A DNA stretch of 64,000 bases from Eledone cirrhosa. Taxonomy: Eukaryota. Position 1 is the first letter of the stretch. Each line of letters opens with the position of its first letter. The stretch is taken from NCBI GenBank assembly GCA_964016885.1, contig OZ024740.1, forward strand, positions 341,062,001 to 341,126,000. Direction: 5' to 3'. Made by a program: the position numbers and the translations under genes. Below are positions 13,147 to 23,406 of this stretch, piece by piece. A model generated the notes under the pieces. It ran no database searches and was not told where the DNA came from. It was given only the letters and a program-made list of their open reading frames with translations.

Positions 13147-13830
13147 ATTTTACCAAGTGCTTGGATGGTCTGGTGGCCACGTAACTCTACTGGGTGTATT
13201 TTATAGTAGTACCAACACTTTGACCAAGCTGAAGAGTCCTCTAAGTGTTACATGACGTTACTGAATGAAGAGAAAGCACTGGAAAGAGATGGACAACTTT
13301 AACTAGATCTAACAAAGGGATCAACTATTGGGTTTGACAGTAATATAGTTGAGAATGCAATTAAAGATATAAAGTATTGGTGGTGGTTGTGGTTATGATG
13401 GTGGAGATGATAGTGGTGTGATAAAGGTGGTGGTGGATAGAGAGTTAGTGATGGTGATGATACTAGTAATGATTATGACGAAGATGATGCTGATGTAAGT
13501 TCTGAGAAACTTAATGAAATTTGAACCCTTGTTCACATGTGTTTAGTAGAACCTTTGGTTAGGAAAGCTTAGTGGTGATTTTCAACACTTCAAATGTAAT
13601 TGCATAGTACCAAGGAACTAAACTCAGCTTCTAGGGTTACCTCCAGGAATGTAATAGCAGAATAAGTTTTCTGGAATAGCCTAGATTTGACTAAAAATGG
13701 CTTGAAGGGATCAAATGTTCTGCAATAAGATAAAATAGAAATAATCTTAAATTTCATAAAAACGCATCTAGTAACAAATAAATGCATGTGTGTATGTGTG
13801 TGCATGTGTGTATACACACACACATGCACA

Positions 13831-13895
<65 letters not shown>

Positions 13896-14203
13896 GACAG
13901 GCTTCTTTACAGTTTTCATCTACCAAATTCACTCACAAGGCATTGGTTGACTTGAAGCTATAGAATAAAACACATCTCCAAAGTGTTGACTGAACCTGAA
14001 ACTATATGGTTGTAAAGTGAACTTCTTAACTACATAACATAGTAATGCTTTCACCTATATATATATATATATATATATGTAATCTGACTTTTTCGAATAT
14101 TAATAATAATATTCGATTCGTTTGCAATTTTGCAAACAAGCCTCAATTTGATAGCCATGTCAGTAGAACGAACACTTCATTCTTGCTCTTGTGTCGGCAT
14201 GCT

Positions 14204-14264
14204 AACAGAACTGCAGACGCTAATGTTTCTGGGTATCACCCTTCATCAGTACAGCTCACTCTTC
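14204..14264 (-). ncRNA. Type I hammerhead ribozyme (predicted cleavage after GUC, between 14216 and 14215)
   Basis: Minus strand reads GAGCTGTA-CTGATGA-A-GGGT-GAT-ACCC-A-GAAAC-ATTAGC-GTC^TGCAGTTC. Stem I GAGCTGTA/TGCAGTTC pairs 8/8 including two G-U. The base of stem II is a non-canonical A.A. Confidence 0.8.
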
Positions 14265-14940
14265 ACCTGCCAACTCTCAGAGCTAGTGAAAATATATGCT
14301 ATTTTCAAAAATACACAGTGACTGACCGGCCCGATTTGCATATTAGCAGACTGGCTGATCAGTCAGATCTGCATATTAGCAGATCCACTGATCAGCCAGA
14401 TTTGTATATCAGCAGACTGGCCAGTCAGTTTCCTGTATACGAGCGATAAATGGCCAGCTTTGCCAAATTCAAATAAAAAAAAAAAGAAAATTTTGCTCTA
14501 CATGGCTGAATACTATAAATGTAATCTGACTTTTTCGAATATTATTAATAAAATTCGATTCGTTTGCAATTTTGCAAACAAGCCTCAATTTTATAGCCAT
14601 GTCAGTAGAATGAACACTTCATTCTTGCTCTTGCGAACAGAACTGCAAAATTGCAAACGAATCGAATGTTATTATTAATATTCGAAAAAGTCAGATTACA
14701 TTTATTGTAGAGCAAAATTTTCTTTTTTATTTGAATTTCGCAAAGCCGGCCATTTATCGCTCATATACAGGAAACTGACTGGCCTGATTTGTATATTAGC
14801 AGACTGGCTGATCAGTGGATCTGCTAATATGCAGATCTGACTGATCAGCTTGTCTTCTAATATGCAAATCAGGCCGGTCAGTCACTGTGTATTTTTGAAA
14901 ATAGCATATATTTTCACTAGCTCTGAGAGTTTGGCAGGTG

Positions 14941-15000
14941 AACAGTGAGCTGTACTGATGAAGGGTGATATCCAGAAACATTAGTGTCTGCAATTCTGTT
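14941..15000 (+). ncRNA. Type I hammerhead ribozyme, second copy (predicted cleavage after 14988)
   Basis: AACAGT-GAGCTGTA-CTGATGA(14955-61)-A-GGGT-GAT-ATCC-A-GAAAC(14975-79)-ATTAGT-GTC^TGCAATTC-TGTT. One stem I mismatch; distal AACA/TGTT extension. Confidence 0.75.
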
Positions 15001-15277
15001 TGCATGCCAACACAAGAGCAAGAATGAAGTGTTCATTCTACTGACATGGCTATAAAATTGAGGCTTGTTTGCAAAATTGCAAACAAATCGAATGTTATCA
15101 TTAATATTCGAAAAAGTCAGATTACATTTATTGTATTCAGCCATGTAGAGCAAAATTTTCTTTTTTTATATATATTTATATTTATACATATGTAATGTAG
15201 CTGAAATTCGTAATAAATATCGGAAGTTGGTAGAGCACTCAGTAGTTGCATTTATATAGTATTTTTTATTACATCTA

Positions 15278-15350
15278 CAGTACATTTTCCAAATACACGT
15301 GTTTCACTGAGATCCTCCCAGTGAAACAGATGTATTTTGAAAATGTACTG
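15278..15350. repeat. ~73-bp inverted repeat (hairpin)
   Basis: cagtacattttccaaatacacgtgtttcactg pairs with cagtgaaacagatgtattttgaaaatgtactg. Confidence 0.85.
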
Positions 15351-15536
15351 CTGATATAAATATATATATATATATATAATTGTATGGTGCTCTCACATTA
15401 AACTGTTTTTGCCACTGACTAACTCATTGTGTGTGCTCTGATATACGGACTTGAACCTGGGAAATACACGTTCTGTAAAATCATTGAGCAAGTGGAAAAT
15501 TTGGCGGGCTAGCACAAATTCAATTTGTCTAGTTCA

Positions 15537-15646
15537 TTATCATCATCATCATCACCATTTTATGTCCGTTCTTCCACGCTAGCATGGTTAGACGGGTTGT
15601 CCTGTGGTGGGCAGTGTCCGGTCGGCTGACCTTGTCGTACTCATAC
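15537..15646 (-). mobile_element. RTE 3'-tail copy
   Basis: Nearly identical to 2681-2795 (ccgttcttccacgctagcatggttagacgggttgtcctg). Confidence 0.8.
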
Positions 15647-16226
15647 ATTCATTGTACTTATTTGCAACAACACAGCTCGCCATTTTTTATTCATATTTGC
15701 TTCCCCCTCTGCTGTGACATGTCTTTTTTCTCTTCCCTTGCTGCTATCCTCTTTCTCTTCCCCTTCTCTCTCTCGTTCTCCCTCTTACTTTCACTCACCC
15801 CCTCTGCTAGTCACCCTCTCTCGGCTAGCCTCTTCCTCGCACTTTCACTCACTCACTCTCTGCTACTCACTCTCTCTCTCACTTCCTCCATCGTCCAACA
15901 CTGTACGCGGTCTTTCTTCTCGCTCACACCCGTACAGTCAAGTCGTGTCTTTTTCTCCTCGTCTAAATTCACCCGTTCTTATGTTCGAAATGAATTATTG
16001 ACTTGATTTTTTCATTTTTTCCTCTCTTTACGTTGCCTCACCATTCATGTCTATTTACTTGTCTTTCTCTTTCTCCACTCAACTCTTTTTATCCCAATAA
16101 CTTATTTTAGTTATTGAATCGCCCTAGGCGGAGGTATATTGTCTTTAATGCGAAGAAATACCTATGATGCTAGTAGACAACTGATGATGGATAGTCCTAA
16201 CTTCTATTTCTAATTTTTCATTTTGT

Positions 16227-16270
<44 letters not shown>

Positions 16271-16491
16271 TATATATAATTTTGTAAATTCTGTAATATG
16301 TTTATATATTTATAATTTTTGTACCAACATAATTTAGTTCTGTACAATATTTTTTCTCACCTGGTCTGTAACTCTATATGATTTGTTAAGTTATATGCCA
16401 TTATATTATAATATTGTTATTATAGTGTTATTGTAACATTTATATTGTTTGTGCAAATTAACCGGAGATTATCTATTATATAATTGGATTA

Positions 16492-16675
16492 GGGCGGTGG
16501 ATTGGCAGTATCGGTAGAGGGTCGGAAGCCATGCTTTCCAGCATAGTTACGTCCCTTTACGATTTGAGTTCAAATCCCGCCGAGGTTGACTTTGCCTTTC
16601 ATCTTTACGGGGTCGATAAAATAAAGTACCAGTAATGCACTGGGTAATTGCTGGCCTTGTGCCTAAAGTAGAAAT
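16492..16675 (+). mobile_element. tRNA-derived SINE with Meta-domain-like core
   Basis: A box-like TGGCAGTATCGG, B box GAGTTCAAATCC, core gttgactttgcctttcatctttacggggtcgataaaataaagtaccag; close copy at 21912-22094. The Meta-domain assignment is from recall. Confidence 0.8.
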
Positions 16676-17209
16676 TATTATCTATTATATAATTATATAG
16701 TTTATTATATATTATATGTTTACTTTTAATCATTTCTTCTTCATTTTATACTGTAAATAATATATGTATTATATTTTTATTTTTATTTTTATTTTTATTT
16801 TTATTCTTATTATTCTTATTTATATTTAAACTCTTAATAAGGGTTAGTTTGTGCTTGTATTGATGGAAATGTGTATTGATATATATGTATATAAGTGTAC
16901 ATATGTATATATATATATATATGTATATTGGGCCTTTTAATATTATTATTATTATCAATTATATTATATTATATTATATTATGTTATATTATATATAGTA
17001 CAATAATTCCCGCTCTATATCACCACCTTTGTTTAGCTTTAGTTTTTGCATTGGACTATATTTGTAATATGGTTCAAAATGTTATTCACTTCCTTAGCAA
17101 TTTTTACTTGATAATTTTTACCCGATAATTTTCCAATGCTTTAATATATGTACACTCCATATTCTTCTGAGTTTTCGGCTTGTATTGGCCGATAGTGCTT
17201 CTTATAGCT

Positions 17210-17260
17210 TTAATTGCCCTGATGAGTCCTTAATAGGACAAAACATTGTTGGCTAATAAA
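17210..17260 (+). ncRNA. Minimal type I hammerhead motif with G12>A change, followed by AATAAA
   Basis: ATTGCC-CTGATGA-GTCCT-TAAT-AGGAC-AAAAC-ATT-GTT^GGCTAAT-AAA; perfect 5-bp stem II. Confidence 0.65.
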
Positions 17261-18035
17261 GACTTTTGATGTATTGAAGGCTTCTTTGGTTTATTTTCAT
17301 AATTCTTCGGCTCTGTTTAATTACATTGAGCTATACCTTTACTGTCATTTCTATAATACGAAGAGGGTGTTTAACTCCAACACACTCTAGTATTTTAATT
17401 CTATGTTTATATATATGTATATATGTTTATATATATATATATACACACTGTGAGTCTCCCATTTTTTAGAATGGTATACTGTATCCCAGCATGATGTAGG
17501 AGGTACCTAAAGGTGTACCTGGATATAAAACATTGCCTTAAAGAGTCTCATCCAACCCATACTAGCTTGGAAAAGTGAATGTAAATATGATGACAAAAAT
17601 AATTATGGTGTGTGTGTGGGTATGTGTGTGTAGTGATGTTTTGAATCTAACGCAATAGTGCATAGCTGTATTGTTACTTTTCACCAGTTTCCAGCCCTTT
17701 TACTCTTATACTGAACCAAGACATAGCCTTGTGTGTGAACCTTCCCTTCCTGTATGCAGTCTGTATCTCACAAATACACCTGTTGAAGGTTTTGCGACTC
17801 CAGGTTAACTTGGGTAGGCCTTTCAAAACAGCAGTGATCCCCAGAAATACCATATGCAGATCCACCCAGTTGGATATGCCCTGGCACTTATCAACCACTG
17901 CCTTGTTATCTTGTAAGTGAATCTATGATGACAAAGATTAAGGGAGTACACCCTGAGAAAAACAAGCTATGGTAGCCTACTTTACCGCTATTTCTGACAG
18001 ACAAGATAGTGTGGGTATGTGTGTGTGTGTATGAG

Positions 18036-18080
<45 letters not shown>

Positions 18081-18639
18081 ATTCTTAGATTTCTCTTACT
18101 ACAGGCCCTATCTCCTTCACAGCAAAGAGAGAGACATTGCGAAATACCCCACCACCACCATCAACACCACTGTCAAGCTTTATTGGTTAGGTGTCTCTTC
18201 CTACCATAGGTATCTTGGATTATAGATGCCTAAAAGTTTTAGTGACATGGACTGCCTGGTGATAAGAGCCACATCTGGATGTAGTGGAAGCTTCTAGTCA
18301 GAGCTCTCTTTCTCAGCAAATAATACTGATTGATTACTGACACACAGGAGTGATTAAAGATAAACATGATATTTAATAATATATTTCTAGGATATAATTA
18401 CATAAATGTTTAGTATAAATATGTATAAATGACATACAGGATTAAATGTATGAGTCACTTTAGTTAAATAACTATTTACAGGGATAAATATAGGATTAGA
18501 ACCCAGGACCTTGTAATTGGAAAGTGAACGTTTTATTGTAGTAACACGATTGAGATAGATAATACATTGTGTGTATGTTTATCAGCACACATTTTAAAGA
18601 GTTACAGACAGATAACCTGGTTTTTAAAATAGGTATACC

Positions 18640-18770
18640 ATGCTGTTGAATGCTGTAAGAAGTGACTATAAAACAGTTGGCATCAGGAAGGGCAACCAAC
18701 ACATTGTCTCAAAACATCTTGTTCAACTCATCCCAGCATGGAAAACTGGACATAAAAACGATGATGATAT
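18640..18770 (+). mobile_element. RTE 3'-tail copy (diverged)
   Basis: gttggcatcaggaagggc...tcatcccagcatggaaaactggacataaaaacgatgatgat. Confidence 0.65.
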
Positions 18771-18989
18771 CTATCTAGCTATCTAATATTTTTCTTCATT
18801 GTACTGTATCGTTTGCTTTATTTCTGTTTTTCTGTTTATTTTTTACACACACATACGCACACACACACACACGATGATGATGATGATGATGATGATATAT
18901 ATATATATGATGGACTTTCTTGTCGTTTTGGATGCATGAAGTTCAAAAGATTTTACTTTTTTATTCCGCATTTTAGTGTTTGCGTCTTC

Positions 18990-19335
18990 TGTGAGACTCT
19001 AAAGCTGCTCTGGAAACCAGACCACATCTTTCACAAACAAAATGTTGAATGGAGACTGTATTCTTTCAACCTTGCCTTAGATTATTTAGGTGTTTAATCC
19101 TTGTTTTGACATGGCTCCTGATGCCACTTTGACATGTTTTTCTCCACTTATTACAGTCCATTTCTCATATCTTGATGCTTCTATTTCAATGTTTGATTTT
19201 ATCCTTCAGTTTATCCTTGTATCTAAGAAGAGGTCTTCCTACATTTCACACCCCTTCCTGTCAGAAGTTGACCATAAGTGAGAACTTTAGGCAGTCTTTC
19301 ATCATTCATCCTAGCAACATGGCCTCTATGTTTTG
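18990..19335 (-). mobile_element. Degenerate RTE/BovB-like LINE C-terminal fragment
   Basis: Minus-strand translation GHVARMNDERLPKVLTYGQL..., then GRPLLRYKDKLK after a frameshift. Confidence 0.65.
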
Positions 19336-20288
19336 TATATCACAGTTATGAAAACACATTAGGGATTTTGTCCTTACATGTAAAACCACAGATATTTCTA
19401 GGAGATCTCTTAGAAACTAGTAATTCATTATACTGTATATACTCATGTATATAGACATATATAAGTTGCATTAGTAGAGAAGTTGCACCATATATTTTGA
19501 ATTGAGGTTTTGTAAGTTCAATAGATGTGGTGCATGCTAAATTGTCACATATTGTAAGGAAAAAAATGCAATTTATACATGAGTATATACAGTAAATGTC
19601 ATACCTATAAATTTGTGAAATTAAATATTCATTATTTATCTCAGTACAGAAGCTCTCTCTCTCTCTTGCTCATGATACTGAATATGTTTTCCACCATTGA
19701 TATAGAAGCTCATTCATTGGCTTGATAGTTCTATGGTTTGTGTCAGAGATGACATGATGTAATAAAACAAATACTTGTTCTTTCATGCCAAATTAACATC
19801 AACATTTGCATGACAAACCATGGTGAACAATTTGCATGGATAAGCAAATGCTTCAGTAACAGAAAACAATGTTTATATTTACTGCAGAAAATGTGTCAGT
19901 GTTAAAATTGTACAAATAATTTACTCTCGTATATGAAATGAGAAATTCTATATACTGTGAACAGAGTATGGAACTTGTCTGAGAAATACTCCCAAAGGAG
20001 TTATATATTCTGCAATCTAACATATCATGTAGTCATGACATAGAGCCCTGCCTTTACATTTACTTACTTTTGCTAACCCAAGGCAATGAGGAAGCCACTA
20101 CACAGTTACTCTACCTGCTAGAAATAGCAGCGAAATCTCTTCAAATCACAACTTATTTTTTAAAAGATAAATTTAGTCCTCGCCAGAGCAAGGTGCCACA
20201 TGGCCAACTCTGGCCAGACTTGCCTCCCAGCATGAACGACCCTTTCTAACCCATGCCAGCATAGAAAAATGGACGCTAAATGGTGATG

Positions 20289-20323
<35 letters not shown>

Positions 20324-20787
20324 AATGATATTGGACAATGTAGTCATTGATATATAAAGAAGTTTGGATGGTCACAACTGGAATGATTTTGATCGTAGGA
20401 AACTGCTCAATTAGAATAGATCTGGTCTAAACAACAAAATTTCTTGATTTTACAATGACTGTTGACAGCTCAGCTTGAATTCCAAAGACAACCTGCAGCT
20501 AGTACTGTATATTATTAACACTATATATTTAGATACATAAAGAGGCGGTGGCATATATTAACTGTATATTAAAATATATAAAGCGTAACCACCTTCTTCT
20601 TCCTGGGAGGGTCGTGGGTCAGAGCAGTGCTGTACTTACCTTTAAGCTAAATAAGCTATAACTTTAGGGCTACATATCCTCAGGGGCCTCATTCTAAAAA
20701 ATATATTTTATATTCTCATTTTATCGTTAGTTTTTATTTTTTAACACTAAATCATCAAAAATTATATATATATATATATATGAAAAT

Positions 20788-20870
20788 ATTCAGGACCCCG
20801 GCAGCTGAGCTCTGGCTGTTTCAAAAGCTAGATCCGAAACGGCCGGAGCTCAGCCATCGAGGTCCTGAAT
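20788..20870. repeat. ~83-bp inverted repeat inside a ~175-bp segment flanked by (TA)n on both sides
   Basis: attcaggaccccggcagctgagctctggctgtttc pairs with gaaacggccggagctcagccatcgaggtcctgaat. Confidence 0.8.
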
Positions 20871-21135
20871 CTTTTCCTATTACCCGCTCTACTACTCCAA
20901 GTATTGAGTACTTTGATGGGTTATGGTCCACCTTGTATTTTACCACACCTTTTCTGATATATATATATATATATTTGAAAGCCTTCCGCTATGAATTTTT
21001 AAGGTTGTGACCACTGTCACACATGCAAGTATCAACAAAAGCAAGTGGGAGCAATTTAAGCCAAGCCAGCCACTGCTCCATATGCGGATGAGCTTCATCA
21101 GCTCATATACACAAACGAAAAATCTATAAGGCTAA

Positions 21136-21239
21136 ATAGTGAGTCTTATTACTTTGGAGTTTTGCCTGCTTCTCAGTGAATACTTAAACTCTACTTCGAT
21201 GAGAAGCAGGTGAAACTCCAGAGTAACAAGACTCACTAT
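21136..21239. repeat. ~104-bp inverted repeat (40-bp arms)
   Basis: atagtgagtcttattactttggagttttgcctgcttctca pairs with tgagaagcaggtgaaactccagagtaacaagactcactat. Confidence 0.85.
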
Positions 21240-21911
21240 ATCTTTCTATACAGTTAATATTGCATGAACTCAAATCATCTGATAATGTTTTTGTTTTGCT
21301 TTTATTAGGTATAAGCAAAAGGCAGTGCCCATGACCATCACAGTACCTTTAAGACTGAAGAGATTAATGGTGTTCGGAGTTAATGCTTGTAGGAAAGACA
21401 TGAGCAGGGAGAGAGTTCCAGAAGGCTGACATTCAGATCAAGAAGGATTGAGTAGAAGTGGTTTAATATCAGAAAGCTTGCAAGCTATGCAATGTCTAAA
21501 GGCATTTTTTTGTTTTTCAGATGGTGTGTATTGTTTATGTGTATGTGTGTATATGTATTTGTCTATATGTATGTGTATGTCCAACCTCACCATTCCACTT
21601 CCTCTAGAAAGCTGTCCAATGAGGACTTTATCTGGCAGGATATAGCTCCTTAAAACAATAACTGACACACATCGCCCTTTCTTGTCTCATCTCCAGATCC
21701 ACAAGTTTCATTGGGCTCGTTGTTATTGTTGTTGTCATCATGTACACAATTATTATTAAAGTTATTATTATTAATTTTTTTTGTTTCCATTTTTTTGTTA
21801 CATCTTTTGTTTTTGTTTTGTTTATTTACATGCAGAAGCCCATATTTGTACCATCCTGTGCTGTCCTTAATGTATTTTTTGTAAACCCTTTGTGGTGAAT
21901 AAAGAAATCAT

Positions 21912-22094
21912 GGCAGTGGATTGGCAGTATCAGTAGACAGTCGGACGCCATGCTTTGCAGCATAGAGTTATATCCCTTTACGATTTGAGTTCAAATCCCG
22001 CCAACGTTAACTTTGCCTTTCATCCTTACAGGATCGATAAAATAAAGTACCAGTAATGCACTGGGGTAATTGCTGGCCTTGTGTCAAAAGTAGA
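21912..22094 (+). mobile_element. tRNA-derived SINE with Meta-domain-like core
   Basis: Homologous along its length to 16492-16675; B box GAGTTCAAATCC. Confidence 0.8.
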
Positions 22095-22179
22095 TTATGA
22101 AACTGAATATTTAGTATTTGCTTTAACCACTAAAATCAACAAAACCATTTCCAAACAATAGTATTATCAATCCCACCAT

Positions 22180-22620
22180 TATGACCACTATCTCTAATAC
22201 TACGATAACCACTGCTTTTACAACTACCATTACTGTCACCACCCGTCACTACCCCACCATCATCGCTACCACCACCACCATCACCACCATCACTACCACT
22301 ACCACCACCACCATCACCACCATCACTACCACCACCACCACAACCACCACCATACTACCATCACTACCACCACCGTACCACCCTCACCACCATCACCACC
22401 ACCATCACCAATATCACCGCCACCACCATCATTAATACTACTATTACTACCACTATCATTATTATCACCAACATCACCATCACTACTACCTCTACCACCA
22501 TCACTACCACCACCACCACCATCATCAATACTACTATCACCACACTTATCATTATCATCACCACCACCATCAGCAATACTATTATCATTATCATCACAAC
22601 TACTAACAGCACAACCACAT
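22180..22620. repeat. Degenerate (ACC/ATC/ACT)n repeat
   Basis: Direct observation. Confidence 0.85.
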
Positions 22621-22929
22621 TTGTTAAGTTACATTCCAAACACCAGCTTAATAGTGAGAAAGTTTCTTGCATTACTAAATCCTACTAAATTGTTGGCTAC
22701 TTTTAAAATTCTTAGAAAATCATAGGCAATGTTACTTGTATAATAATAATGTTGTTAATGGTAACATTTTATAGAATTATATGTCTAACCCATGCTAGTG
22801 TGGAAAGTGGACATTAAACGATGATGATGATGATGATGATATTGTTTTCTGCCTATATATTTCTATGGCCATATTGGTGCCTCTTTAGATTAGACCTCGA
22901 TAAAGAGAGTTCTTACATTGCCTGCTTGA

Positions 22930-22980
<51 letters not shown>

Positions 22981-23406
22981 GAAGGAGAGAGAGAAAATAT
23001 ATGTGTGCGTGTGCTTTGCTGAGGAGATCTAATAAGATTGAAATATGTCTCTTGCTTTCACCAAGTTGATGTAGAGATGAGGTTCATTCCCACTGCATTG
23101 ATTTAAATAGTTACTAAAGGGAGATTCGGTCTTGAAATTGCAGGAATAACCTTAGTTGATTGAAGTTGTTTCAGATAGCAAGACTCTATTTGTATATGAT
23201 GATCTTCATCATCACTATTTAATGTCCATTTTCCATGCATGCATCAGTTAGATGGCTTGTAAAGTTATGAAACGTTTCAGGTCATGTGACCATGTCTTGC
23301 TCATACTGGACTGCTTCTGGCTTGGTTAATACAGCTAGATACCTTTCATAACACCAATCATATTTCAATGAAGGATACATTAGATAATGTAGTCTTTTAT
23401 AGACTA

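Larger units (their letters stand above)
14077..15168. mobile_element. Hammerhead-bearing non-coding element (retrozyme or Penelope pseudo-LTR-like): two inverted arms, each ~1.2-1.3 copies of a ~430-440-bp monomer
   Basis: atgtaatctgactttttcgaatatt occurs at 14077 and 14519 (period 442); its reverse complement occurs at ~14680-14701 and ~15105-15127. The arms meet at tgca (14644-14647) and both flanks are TA-rich. Confidence 0.8.

Noticed and set aside
14045-15153. ORFs of 63-134 aa in the inverted element
   Set aside because: No recognisable domains, frames break between copies, and most lie antisense to the ribozyme.
16492-16580. tRNA gene
   Set aside because: A and B boxes are present but widely spaced and followed by a SINE core; multiple dispersed copies; no cloverleaf.
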